Below, one piece after another: positions 12,976 to 26,170 of a stretch of 64,000 nt of DNA. Below the pieces are notes generated by a model that ran no database searches, was not told the DNA's origin, and saw only the letters and a list, made by a program, of their open reading frames with translations. Source of the stretch: Callorhinchus milii (Eukaryota); contig NW_024704743.1 of the NCBI RefSeq assembly GCF_018977255.1, forward strand, positions 77,438,001 to 77,502,000. Reading direction: 5' to 3'. Made by a program: the position numbers and the translations under genes. Positions within the stretch are counted from its first letter, which is position 1; every line of letters starts with the position of its first letter.

Positions 12976-13864
12976 CTGTGAAAACGGTTTCCACTCTTCA
13001 GCACAAATTAAACTTGTTCTGAGCTTTGCAATTTGAGTTGTACCAGATTGCCCACTTCATACTTGGCATGAATAGCAGATTTGCACCAATTAATGCAGTA
13101 CATTAATTACGGGGTGTAGCAAGACAATTTACAATGCAGGGCTGGGATTTCCCTTGTAGTGAGTATTAGAAACTTCCTGGTTGTAAATCGATAGTATCTT
13201 TGCAGATTTTATCACAAAAACTACAAAGGCAGCATTTTTTTTCCCCTTTTGGTGTAGCAGCTAATGTAGCCATCTAATCAATTCCAAATTGCTATAATGA
13301 AAATTAATGACCTTGCCAAGCTGCAAATTATCTGCATGACTTTTCCAAATGAGAGGAGCATTTTGTCTGCTGGCAGAAAGCTCTAGGAAAACCAGGGAAT
13401 GGGGGGAGGGGGGGAGCTGGTGTTGGTGATGGAAAAAAGCCATTCATCACAGATGCAGAGGTAGGAATTGCTCACACAAGATCTTTCGTAAAAGTGTGAA
13501 GTTATATTGGGGTAAATAATGTACTGTTGATCATTGCTATCCATCTTTCCATTCTATGCTTACAATAAGATTTCTCATAAGCGAAAGCGCAGAAATTTCC
13601 TTTGTGAGTGGTGGATGATAAATACCAATGAGTTGTTGGAAAGTGCTCTGGGATGCTACCCTGCATGAGGGCCATTATATAAATGCAAGTTGTTGTTTTT
13701 ATTTTTGTTGTCGGAAACATATATGTTCATCCCGGTGCTAAGAAGAGTGGGTTGGGCAAAACTGACACTTGGACGGACATTGGTGAAAACAAATCCTCAA
13801 ATGCTAAGTGGAAAAGTAATGACCACAGAAAACAACATGAGAAAGGTTTCTAAAGACAAGATAA

Positions 13865-14180
13865 CCTTCATCTGTTAATCTTGATAGGGGGTTGGAGGAA
13901 GCTTATTTACAAAAATTCTAAGGTGATTTACAAAGTTTATTTACTGAAATTGTTCATTGTTGCAAAGGGCTCAGTTACTAAGAGACTTAAGCTAAACATT
14001 TCAATTAGGAGCAAGGGTTTTCAGTTAGAACTTTGTAAAATGGGCTCAAGTTGCAATTAGATGTGTTTCTGGAGAGAGAGAAGAGATTTGATGAGAAGGC
14101 AGATACGTGAGTTATGAGGTCTACGAAACAGTGGAGGGTTTGCTAGATCTAATGGCCTTTTCTTGTTCCTAAAAATCTAT
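13865..14180 (+). mobile_element. CR1 3' end, degraded
   Basis: Decayed ORF2 end, then aatggccttttcttgttcctaaaaatctat 3' motif. Confidence 0.45.
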
Positions 14181-14979
14181 CTTTGGGAAGACATCCATGG
14201 CACCATCAGCACCTGAGGACATCATTTGTGAAGGCAAGACATAATGTTTTGAAAGCCCAGATGTTGCTACCAGCATATACAAGGAGAATGTAGTGCCAGA
14301 AACTTCCACAGGCAATCAGGATACAAACTCTAAAGTCACATCATGGAGCTAAGTGTAAAAGAAAAGACAGCAGTCACGATGGTTAGGGATTCTAGCAACA
14401 TTACTGTTACTCATCCTCAGGCTACAGGACACAACTCAATTTGCCAAATGATTGATATGTGGCCAGCTATCCAAAGTGACTTTGCTTAGATGAATAATAC
14501 TACCACAAAATGCATGCAAGTATGCAAAGCAGCTCATTCTCCAGTTTGTTCGGCTTTGCTAACAATAGTGAAGTTGACCACTGTGCGTGACTTCTATGCA
14601 AAATGAGTCTTTAGGGATAATTTTACATGCACTGAGTATTTTGTTGTGTGCAGTGGAATTAGTTTGGATGGTGTTGTATTAGGCAAACAAATAGGTTTCT
14701 TTTTCTCTGATGACAAGAGACAGGAGCAGAAAAGGTGAACATGTTTCTAGAGCTTTGCTGGTTCCTTAAAAGTCCAGAGAAAAGAGAAAAATAATATTTT
14801 GTGATTCTTTAATTAAATAAATGAATAAATTTGCAAACAAACCCTTGTAATGGGTTCTGACAAAGTGCTGCTGTTTGAAGAAATCCTGGTTTGAATATTG
14901 TACGTGGAAAGATATTGCTACTGTTTCTTCCTCTATGTATTATTTTTATTAGTATTTTTAATAAATGTTTCTATTCATA

Positions 14980-15300
14980 AGGGGAGATCCCTGATTAGAT
15001 ATAGCACGGGTTGTGTCAGGTTCACAGTAAAACTCTGTTCCCAACAATCATCCTTAAATTCAACCTCAAAAGAGCACCACGTGCTTCATTCACTATGAAT
15101 CTTTCCATTTCATCACATAGCTTTCCATTTCACTTGTCTGAGTAATATTTTTACTCTAATGGCAACTTGGACTGAGCTGTGGATCATTTTATGATGTGTT
15201 TCCATGCATGAGGTTGAGACTGCTTCAAATTAATTTGAAGTGGAATCCTTACAACTGATGGAGAAATAAGGCCTTCATTTCTATCAGTCTGGGTGGACAG
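14980..15300 (-). mobile_element. Possible LF-SINE-like ancient SINE
   Basis: Minus strand cccagactgatagaaatgaaggcc...gtaaggattcc...gcagtctcaacc resembles my recollection of the shark LF-SINE-like 5' region. Confidence 0.35.
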
Positions 15301-16704
15301 AACAATGTGATTATCCACTCTGTTCTCAATTGAATTATTTATCACAGTACATAGTGAACTTTCAAATGCAAACTTTAAAACTTTCCACAGATATTCAGTT
15401 TATATAAAAAGCAGTGCATATGGGAATAACATCTTACATAGTATTTCTATTGTGCTTTTTGCATAGAATGATCATTTCAAAGTGTTTAAATACAATGAAG
15501 GGCAGGGAGAAGGAAAAGAGAATTAAGGATATTGACTAAATGCATGTTTGCAAATATATGCTTTAGAACATTTTAAAGGTAGGGTAAGAAAAAATGAGGC
15601 AAAGAGATTTGAAAAAGAATTGCAGAGATCATAGGTGTAGTGACTGAAGGCTCAAGCAATGGTGAGCATCAGATAATCATTACTTTCAATGAAAAATAGA
15701 AATTCATAATTATATTTTTAGTGTAAGAAATTGCATTGTTTGTTTCCCCCTTTAGGATTCAAACACATTATTCATTTTTTCTTCCCTCAGATAATTTGCC
15801 ATTTGTTTGATTTTCTTAAATACACCAGTTAAACATGGAACACATTGATTCCTTGATTCTTGTATTCGATTACTAATGAATAGGTTTAATGTGAGAAAAT
15901 GATAATCAAGCATCAGATGTGTCAATTATAATGTAATTGAGCTGACCTCATACATTCTGCCATTGCCTTGATGAATTGGGAGATAGGCTACAGTATATTT
16001 CTTAGAAATGTGCTGGACCTTGTGTCTTGCCATGAACCACACAATAAAGGTGCGCAGTGTGAAATTAGGGAAGACTTTCCATTGGATAAATTAAATGCGT
16101 GTGTACAACAGGCAGCTGAGCTCCACAGGCCTGCTGTGATTGTAAAGCTTTTAACAGGGACAGGTTATACAGGCCAAAATAATTCAAAGGCATTTTAATT
16201 AAACGCAGACGTTTATATTTGTTGTAACCACATCCGTAAAAACATTCAATTAGGGGTAATATTAATGCTATTTAACATGAAATAATTTGATTGTTTCAGA
16301 TCTGATCGTAAACATTTTAAGTAATGCTGGACTGGAATTTTTCCTGAACTTGCTCAGGTCATATTGATACCACAATTTTGGTGTCCTTATATTGAGTCTG
16401 AGTGTCCCAGCTAACTTTATACCGGTCTGACTAATGGACTCGGTGTTAAAACATGTTTCTTGAGGCAGGCAATTTAAAACATTTCCTGTTTCCAGTCCCT
16501 AAACGATCCTTCAGGCCTGAATGTTCTTGATGGGTATTGCAGGTATTTTAGCAGTGAATCTGAAAAAGCAATGGCATGATATTATGTATTTTTAGACCAT
16601 CAGTCCATATTTGTAGGAGTTTCAGTAAAACACTAGTGATTAAGTACCATATAAACCAGAAATTGAGCCATTTGACCTTTTTAAATGGGCCTAGCACTAT
16701 TCTT

Positions 16705-17100
16705 TCTTGGTCCGCTTGGTATCTGACACATGGGGAAACCCATCACCATGCTTAAGACTGTGAGCTGCATGCATCCCACTTATACGTGGAAATTCTAAAG
16801 ATATTTATTGGAATGGAATGTGCACTCTTCCCTGGAGGGACATATCCAAAGAGTATTAGGTGCAGGTTGGCAAGAGCCCAGAGTGCTCCTGGGGACCCCA
16901 GAGCGTGCGTTGAGATACTGCTGGAGTCCAACCAGCTAAAACCACATAGCTTGCCATTGAAACCACTGTAAACATCTGGCAATCACAGTCTGGCAAAATT
17001 TCCTTCTGCTTGTCCAGTTAGGACCATGCTATCTGTCAGGGCTTTGGCTTATAAGGATAACAGGAGCTGAGTGAAGTAGAGTCCCTGCCCCCAGTGACTG
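16705..17100 (+). repeat. Repeat family X copy (longest; a GC-richer segment may extend it to about 17900)
   Basis: Colinear with 47210-47600 over about 350 bp, e.g. catagcttgccattga and gcttgtccag.tag. Confidence 0.7.
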
Positions 17101-18728
17101 GTCTCCTCTTTCAAGTCCTGCCGATGAGACTGGTTGGCTGGGCTGTCATCAGCAATACCCTGGGGTACTACAGACCTGTCTGACAAAGGAACTGGATTAC
17201 CAAGACCACCACAGATATTCTGACATTCCTTTGCCAAGTATGTCACTTTGCAGCCAGTTCAGTTCCAAGAATATCCCGCTCCTCTTCTTCCCCCAAGGAG
17301 TATAGTTCCGATAAGAGTGGGTTTGAGCTCTCACTAGGTGGATGGCAGGTACCAGGGACAATCTGCAAGCTTCCTGTTGGGCAACATAGCTCAGCATGAG
17401 TGCATGAGAGCATTGCCACCATCTTTGTGCCCAGAACTCGAACACATGTACCTTCCTATCCAGCGATGGTTGCACCAGTTGGAGGTGCAGAACTTGAGCA
17501 GTGGCTGCTTACCTCTTTAGAAACTAGTCAAAGTGGATTCTAGGTGCTGGATGTACGAATGCATGTAGCAACTTCTAGCAACTGTCGCTTTCCTCATCAG
17601 CTTCAGTGTAATGGGAGGACCAATGCAGGACAGCTTGTGACGTGTCAGCCACCTTGATGTTCTCAAGGTCCAAGTTCAATGCTGCATACCAGTCTTACTC
17701 AGCACCAGCTGCTTAATTCGGGTGCACATGTGAGGGTCCATGACAAATAGACGTGCCTGCTGTGAAGCCGCCTCTCCCTTCAGGGTTCTCAGTGCAAGCT
17801 GGAGCCCTCCCTGCTTGTAGCTGGTTCCCGTGTTTTCCACAGATCCACCTCACTGCTTGATTCTGGACTTCACAAATGGGCTGGATGATGCCTTTCCACT
17901 GCTAGCACTGTTTTTACTGTCCCTAAATGCTTGCAAAATAAGGGTAGTTTGGAGAAACAGAAATGCAAACCACAGTTCAGAGAATGAAGTGGAATTTCTG
18001 ATTCAATACATTTTCATGTGATAATCTATAAAGTTGTACTGGTTTCCCCCTTAACCACTATATTATTAAATGACAACCAGTATCAGGTAGCCAAGATAGA
18101 TGTTGCATGAACTCTCATAGGTTTTAACAGCGAGCAATTTAGCTTTGGCGTTCTAGTAGATATCTTTAGCTGATATAAGACAATCTTAGCTCAGACATGT
18201 CTTTCCTTTACGTAGCTGGGCCTCTTTCAGTTATCCTTTAAAGGCACCTGTATGTATTCAAATATTTGAGAGCCTTCCTTCATAAGCAGGAATGGATTTA
18301 GCCTCACCTTTTAACAAGGATTACTGCTGTGTCTGCAATTTTGGAAGCTGACCCATATCATAGAATGCATGGCAGCATTCACATTGAAGTGTACCTATTA
18401 TCAATGTGGTTTATAAGATCAATTTGGGATCATTTAGAATTTTTGCTCCAATTGACCTGATGTTTCCTGGCATATCTCTTTGGAGCCAGTTTAATCCTGG
18501 ATGAGCCTGCTTACTTTCCTCCTAAGGCCAATTTTGCTCTTTTGATGTGGTACTCACTTTATTCATTCTTCGTAAGGAAGTAAGTGGACCCTCCAATCAT
18601 TTCAACCTGGAATATCATGGAATCACATGGTTTGGTGCTCATCCTACTGAGCTGCACAAGGTTACAAATTAAATGCAATGGCAGAAGAATAAAACAAATA
18701 TGTTCTTCATGTAGTACAATGTGGAATT

Positions 18729-19432
18729 GTGGAGTCCTGTAGAGCATTGGTTTTAAGCACTCACCTTGCAAGCGAGAGGACCTGGGTTCAATTCCCGGGC
18801 AGGGCAAAACCTTAGGTAAGTTTCCTTACTTCACATGCCTTTGTTTACGTAGCAGTAAATGGGAGCCCAGTTGTTAGTTAATTGGCGGATCGCTTTTCCG
18901 GGGAGTTATAATCCCTCCAATTTTTTAAAATAATTTTTTTAAATAATAATAATTTGGTCACTCAGTGCAAAACAACAACAGCTTGCACTTATATAGTGCC
19001 CTCCATGCAGGGTAGCATCTCAGAGCGCTTAACAGTGGCGGAGCCTGACTGCGAGCTGTGGAGGGGAGAGAGGTGACTGTAAGCCCAGTGGAAAAGGAAG
19101 GTTTTCAGGCGGGACTTGAAAGGGAGAGAGGGGGCAAGGTGGAGGGATTGAGGGGGACTGTTCCAGAGTTTCAGAGCGTAGTGGCGACCTCCGATGGTGG
19201 GGTGGAGGGTACAAGGGACAAGCAGGAGGCCGGTGCCAGTTGAGCGGATTCGGTACAGGACTCCCACAAAACTGTTTGAGGGACACTCTGTGTGCAATTG
19301 GCTACTGTATTTCGCCCACAAAATATAGTCAATTAATTTTACAGTATATTCTGCGAAGCTCTTTGAGACGTCCCAACAACGTGATAAGGTGCTGTATCAA
19401 ATACAAGAGTTAATATTATTATTAATATTATT
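18729..19432 (+). mobile_element. Young SINE, long form, split by an antisense L2 tail (about 18968-19262)
   Basis: SINE 5' half to ggtcactcag, then an L2 tail on the minus strand (LKLWNSPPQSLHLAPSLPFKSRLKTFLF), then the SINE resumes at actgtttgagggacac. Confidence 0.85.
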
Positions 19433-21107
19433 AGTGCACTAAAAGCTTCATTTGTCAAGAGCTACAGAAATCACAAGACAATTTATTTTCACACAAAAAC
19501 TCAAGTATGGAGTATTCCTTTAAAACTTTATCCACCAGAAGATTTGCCTCTGCTTCTTCTAAATATAGATTACACGCTTTTATTGCTCCCTTTCACAAGA
19601 GCCAGCAAAAATGATGCTAAACTAATTTGCCAAATTGAACTGGCTCATTTCCCAAACATTAAGACAATTAGTTTACCCCACTACAAGATGGATTTAATTG
19701 GATAGCTAAGATAACCATTGGTGCATTTGCATCTATTCAAAGTGGATCATAGTACATTGTTCTTAGGCAATAAACTGTTCACTGACAAAATAATATGCTA
19801 ACCGCAGAGAGAAATAAACCCCCAATTGATTTTCGAATTGTATCCATCAATAATAATATTTCCTTACTAGATAACCGCACAACTAGAGTATTCAGATGGG
19901 CAAAATGGTGTGGATCATGACACGTTCAAGCTGAACTGACAACTTTTTGGTTAAAAATGGAAGTGTTGAGCCATAAACAGCAGATTTTCTCCCTGATCAG
20001 ACCTGAATTAACCAGGCTTAACTTGGATGGTTGCAGGAGGGTGAGGGGAAAGACTGCAATTGGACTCAGCATTTGACCGCTTGCTCTGACTGCCACTCTT
20101 ATAAAAGGAACAAAATTATATATTTTTGCACAATTCATTGCTTTCCACTGATTTCCAACTGGAACATTGAAACTTATTGTAGCATCCTTACTGACAGCTT
20201 GCTGACATCAGCTAACTCTGTGACTTTCTGGTCTGAGTAGCTCAGTGATATGCTAGGCAGTGTCTTTAACTGCTAGAGTGTGTTGTTGAAAGGCCCAATT
20301 AGCTTTGTTCCCATTGGCACTGCTCATGTAACAATTGTCCCTGCTGTTCAGCCTCCTTGCTCTCAGCTTTCTCAGGTTCTTCTCTATTATTCACAGTTAT
20401 CTCATTCTGTTGCAGTAAACCTGCTGATTGTATGAGTACCTGGTGGACATTCTGAGCTTGGTCTGCCCTCTGTTGTGATATACCCAACAAATGGTTGCTA
20501 GATCATGCCATAATGGATACAACACCTCTTTACTGTTCACTTTTTTTTACTGCTGAGGTGAAGCTTTGAAATCCTTCATTAAACTCACTGATTCACTAAC
20601 TTCATTCAATACTCACCTGTCAACATATCTTCTGTAGTGTTCTCCCTAATTGCCTTTACTGAGGTCACAATAAACGGATTGGTCTTTTTCCTGAATTTTC
20701 ACAAGGATTTAAAACTCCTAGGGGGCAGGAAACCCAAGGGCGATTTGTCTTTAGGGCATGATCTGATATTCAGCAACTGTTTACCGACATCTATGTTGTA
20801 ACTAAAATTGTATGTGTCAGAACCTACCTTTTTTTGTACAACCTGCTTCATAACAGTGAGCATTTTGGATAGGCGAATAAACAAAAATAAATTTACTTAG
20901 GATTATATTAAACCAATTTTGAATAAACCAAAAAATAGCATAATCTTATTGTTTCAAATGTCAACTCTTGGGGCAGTTGAGATTAAAGATGTCTTTGCTA
21001 CTCTTTTTGTTGATGTTCATCCACAAAACACACAGTTCCTTCCACTATACAGAATTTTCTGTGAAGCACTTTGAGACGTCCTCCCGACTTGAAAGGTGCT
21101 ATATCAA

Positions 21108-21494
21108 TAATAATAATAATCCTTGCATTTGATATAGCGCCTTATCATGTTTTCAAGATGTCTCAAAGGGCTTCACAGAATATTATCTTAAAGTGAATTG
21201 ACTGTATATTTTCTGGGCAAAACGCAGCAGCCAATTGTACACAACAGTGTCCCACAAACAATCGTGGATTAAGTGCCCAAATTTTTATTTTTAAAACATT
21301 TTTTTGAAGGGATTATTACCCACAGAAAAGCGATCCGCCAATCGACTAATAACTGGGTTCCTACTTATTGCAAGGTAAACAGAGGAATGTGGAGTAAGGA
21401 AACTTGCCTAACATTTTGCCCTGCCCGAGAATTGAACCCCAGGTCCTCTCACTTGCGAATCAAGTGCTCTAACCAATACCCCACAGGACTTCAC
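21108..21494 (-). mobile_element. Young SINE, long form, tail-to-tail with a + strand SINE/L2 tail at 21040-21107
   Basis: Reverse complement of the family consensus, including the gcctctgtttacc...aagtaggaacccag segment. Confidence 0.9.
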
Positions 21495-23611
21495 AATGTA
21501 AGGATTATTATTATTTTATTAAATAGCTTTCAAGAATCTTATTACGAGCTGTTTGGAATGTCAGTGCAAGTTGCAATGAGGAAACTCACAAAGATGGTTC
21601 GGATGAAACGCCATTTGGCTATTTTTGGTCATCTCCCCATTCCAGAACACCGACCTATTAGCTTCCTGTTTGGAGCATCAAATTGTTTCTGAAATACTGT
21701 AGCAGCAGACATACTGGACAGGGACTCTAATACTCTAATAGTCTCAATCTGGTGGGTACCACAAAGGATGAGCTTCATATTACAGGTTATTCTGTGATCC
21801 TTTTCATTGGATTTTAATTGCCTGTGTACACATGTGATAGCATATGGTTTACACAAGTCACAAATCAGACATTGTTATGTTTATACAGTACGTTGAGAAA
21901 CACCTTAGCACTTACTTTCTTTCGGTTTTGCTGTGACAATTCACTACATTTACAGTGTTGTGTTAATACTATGTCCTAAAGGCTTATGCAGAAAAAAATG
22001 TTTCATGTCTAATGCATGAAGGTAATTCTCATACAGTGCATAAATATCAGCTGTGGTTTGTTGAGGAGTTTTAAAACATTAAAAAAACAGAAACTGCTTG
22101 CATCTTTGAATTATAAATGCATTTGTTTATTTTTGAACTTTGGTTGCTAACAGATATAGGTATTGATGTATTTATGAAAAGCATACCAGACTCTTGAAGT
22201 TATTTTAAATTTATGTGGGGTTTGAACAAACCCAGAGGATCAGATTGTATTTAGATATTCCCTGTGATTCACCCTAGGGGGTCCACCATGATTTAAACAG
22301 CAACTTTTCAAACTTGACATTTAATCCTTGTCTATAAATCACACTTGAGACCTATTATTCATTATTGTAAGGGCACAGTTTTTTTTATTAGGAATAAAAT
22401 GAAATGCAAATGCAGGGAAATATGTATTTCTTTTCCTGTCAATTTCTCAACACTGCTTCAAATATGTTGCTTCAAACAAATGATACAAATAGTTTAAAAC
22501 TTTGAGACAAGTCTGTAGCGCATAGGACAAAAGAGGAAAAGCAAAGTCGCCTCAATTTCCAAAATGTTAAATTTGAAGACAGATTATAAGCATGTTTTGA
22601 TATTTGATTTATAGTCCAGGAGTTGCATAATGCCTTTAGACAGCTACATATGAATAATACAGTTCATTTCCTTGTAGTTATTTGTCATGCCTGCTGTTAC
22701 TTTCTTGGAAGAACCTTTAGAGAACTCACTATCAGGAACTGATTAACATCACCTCAGGTATTATTTCCCACAATGTGATGATCCCAACACTTTCCAGAAG
22801 GTATTTTTCTTTATGTCAGCATCTGCTCTGCCTCACACTTCAGAATTTGCAATAACCGTGGAAATGTATTTTTGACAAGCTCGAACAAACAACCTTTTCA
22901 TACTACTGGTGCCACTTAAAGAAAATTAAGTCAACGTGCCTAAGAAATCAGAAAACCTACATTCAACTACATGCTAAATCTTTGTGTTTCATAGCACGGT
23001 AAATGCTACTGCCTAAACCCCTGAAGGAGCAAGTTTTAACACACATTAAGTGCATTTGTTTTAAACACAGGAGGTCACTTATATTCATTGTTTGTGATAC
23101 TTTGTTATGAAAAAATACTCTGGGAACATTTATTAAATATTGCTGACATTCAGTTATAGCTTCACTGACAGCACATTGTCACAGATTATTCTGCTGGATT
23201 ATTGCATAGTAGTCACAGTTTACAAACAGAAAATTGGCTAGTCAGGTGCAGTGTGACTTGTGGTTGTGACTGATGTACACAAGGAGAAAACTTTCTGTTC
23301 TTTATACAATATATACACATATATCACTACAGAGTTGGTTTACCCCTTTCCTTATTGAATAAGGAAAATACATTTCACCAACAAAAGAAAATGAATGTTT
23401 AAAATTAAAATCCTTTTTTTGATTTTCATTGGTTTCGACAAAGACTGGAGCTTTGATGTTTATGGAACATTGGATTGACACTGTGTTTAAGAGCACGATA
23501 GTAGTTGACACATAACATTAATAAAGTCTGTCATCTTGATTTCCACTGAATTACTGAATAAGGTGCTATATGCTAATTTAGAAATCTATCTTTATAATTA
23601 AAGTATCTTTG

Positions 23612-23890
23612 TAGGGTGTCCCAGCAGCTAAAACACTACAATGTCGGGCTCCCAATTAAGAGACCCGAGTTTAAATCCCAGACTTACTGACATTTGCACT
23701 TGGGCTTCCCCTAGGGGATGAGTTTGCCAGTCTCAGCCAAGTTGTCTGGGGGAGGGAGGGAAGAGTGACTGTGAAAGGATACCTTCCCGCATTGCTCAAG
23801 TGTGTGTGCCTCCTGGCGAGTCATCTGAGAAATGTCTGTGTGCATGTTTGTTGAATGGACTGCCCCAACCTATCATTGTGGACAGCATGT
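23612..23890 (+). mobile_element. Old tRNA-headed SINE-like element
   Basis: gagacccgagtttaaatccc B-box-like motif followed by a GC-richer body. Confidence 0.4.
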
Positions 23891-23989
23891 GGAAAGAGGA
23901 AAAAACAGTGCCGTATCTCAAAACCTCTATGTTCAGGGGAGGAGGAGAATGTAGGTAAGATTTAAAAATGTGTTCCTTCCTCCTTTCTC

Positions 23990-24040
23990 TATTACTAACC
24001 ATAACCATGATTACTAACCATAACCATTACTAACCATAAT
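23990..24040 (+). repeat. Short tandem repeat (attactaaccataacc) x about 3
   Basis: Directly visible. Confidence 0.85.
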
Positions 24041-24517
24041 TCTGGATATTAGAACACCCCCAATTCTCCCAATCTTAGCCTGAGAGTTTCGCCCACAAAA
24101 TATACAATTCACTTTACAGTATATTCTGTGAAGCGCTCTGAGACGTCTCAAAGTTGTGATAAGGCACTATATCAATTGCAACAATTATTATTATTATTAA
24201 GATTATTGTCTCTAATAATGCAGAATTTTGGAAAATTGCTAATAACTGTGGAGAGAGAGAAAAAAACACACTTCCAAATAAAGATGGAGTTCAATAATTT
24301 TCCCAGATTAAATTTTCAGACAGTAGTCTTGTGGCTAAGGCCATGAGATGTTTGGGTTTACGGTGTACTGCATGACTTGTTTTGCCAACTGCTTCAAGTG
24401 AAAACTCAACCCTGTTTATTTCATTTTGTGTGTGTCCTTGGAGCCAATTTCAGCATACTGTGAAATGAAGTTTAAGATTTAAATGTTCAACTATATCATG
24501 TTATTTTTATTCTCTAG

Positions 24518-24781
24518 ATTTTACCTTCCCAACATGATGTTAAACCAGGAATGGTGTTGATCTTTGAGCTGTTTCTGCTGCAGGGATCAAATATTCACAT
24601 TGATCGGGTAGTCGGATGGGGTGCATTTCCCATCTGCAATGCTCATTTTGAGATTCTGGAAGGAAAGTTTAAATGTCCTTTTCTAAGGGGTCATCGGGAC
24701 TCCAAAATAGATGAATTCAAAAAAATCGAAGGGCTTATATCATCAGATTTGGATCACTGGCTGTGCAACCTCTATTTTCAG
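24518..24781 (+). CDS. OFCC1: OFCC1-like exon D (ILPSQHDVKPGMVLIFELFLL...GWGAFPIC...GKFKCPFLRGH...DLDHWLCNLYFQ)
   Basis: Acceptor ttttattctctag, donor CAG|gtaaaa. 264 nt, phase 0/0. GKFKCP-LRGH and DLDHWLCNLYFQ are recognised from memory of OFCC1 proteins. Confidence 0.9.
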
Positions 24782-25830
24782 GTAAAATATTGTGAAAGTG
24801 ATCATTGTGATTCTGGTTGTAGAAGTTGTGCAAAGTGTTTTGTAACACTTGTGCAAGATCAAACAACTAATGGACATAGTTTCTCTTAAAATATGACACT
24901 ATTCCTTCAAGGGTGCAATAATAGGTCAACATTTATTGTTTAAATGATCATATTTTGCTTAAAATAGCACAATTATGAGGCATTGTAGCACTAAGTTCAG
25001 AATGTACCATAAAACAAATGCTAGTTATTATTCATATCAATCATTTTCTGAGGCCTCCTTGTTTTGTTTCTGTTTGCATTGGTTATCTTTCACTCATGCA
25101 TGTACAATTTAGAAAAATGAACATGCAGAAGAATAGAACATAAGACATAAGAATTGCAAGACAAAAGAACACCAAAACATTATTTCCTAAAAGAAATCTA
25201 TCTAATTTGCCTTTGAAATAATCAACACTTTCTGCTTCCACTGTCTCTCTAAGGAGCCTATTCCATACATTTACTACTCGCTCAATGAAATAGTGTTTCC
25301 GCAGATTTGATTTGAATTTACTGCCATTAAATTAAATTTACAGTACTATCATTACAAGTTTTCAGTAAATGGTCACAGATCCTAGCTTGTTCCGGCTTCT
25401 GTTTCTGAAATGTAATATATGTTTTAAAGTAAATGATTTGATGCTGTAGTAGAAAGCAATAGTGAGTGGAGAATATTGTCCAGCCAAAACTCCCTTAGCA
25501 CTAAATTATGACAAATGACAAAGGTACAGATTTTGAGAGCAATGTTTGTAGCTAGCAATTGTTAATATGTTTGAGACAGATAGATAGGGCATTCTCTGCT
25601 CTCTATGTATCTATCTCTGACTCTTTCCCTTGAAGAGCAGAAATTGTGACAGTCAATGATCATTTTTTCCCCCACCATCAGGGTGTAAGTGAAGAGCAAC
25701 AAGGATGATTCTAAAACTCTTGAGTTCTAAGTTGAAACGAGAGGCAAGTAGAGTCAAAAAAGACTGGGAAGTGGGATGAGACATTGAAAATAGAGATGTG
25801 TAGAAATACGCTTCCACTATTGATGGTTTA

Positions 25831-26170
25831 GTGAAGTCCTATAGCTCAGTGATTAGAGAAATAGGTTAGATTCCCGGGCAGGGCGAAACGTTGGATAAGT
25901 TTCCTTATTCCATACACCTCTGTTTACGTAGCTATTGTTAATCGATTGTGGATCGCTTTTCTCGGGTTAATAATTCCTTCAAAAATAATAATAATAATAA
26001 ATTGGTCACTTCAATCCATGACTGTTTGTGGGACACTGTTGTGCACAATTGGCGGCCGTGTTTTGCCCACAAAATATAGAATATACGGTCAATTCACTTT
26101 ACAGTATACTCTGTGAGACGTCTCGAAGATGTGATAAGGCTCTATATCAAATGCAAGGATTATTATTATA
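25831..26170 (+). mobile_element. Young SINE, long form
   Basis: gtgaagtcctatagctcagtg...cctctgtttacgtagc...atatcaaatgcaaggattatt. Confidence 0.88.
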
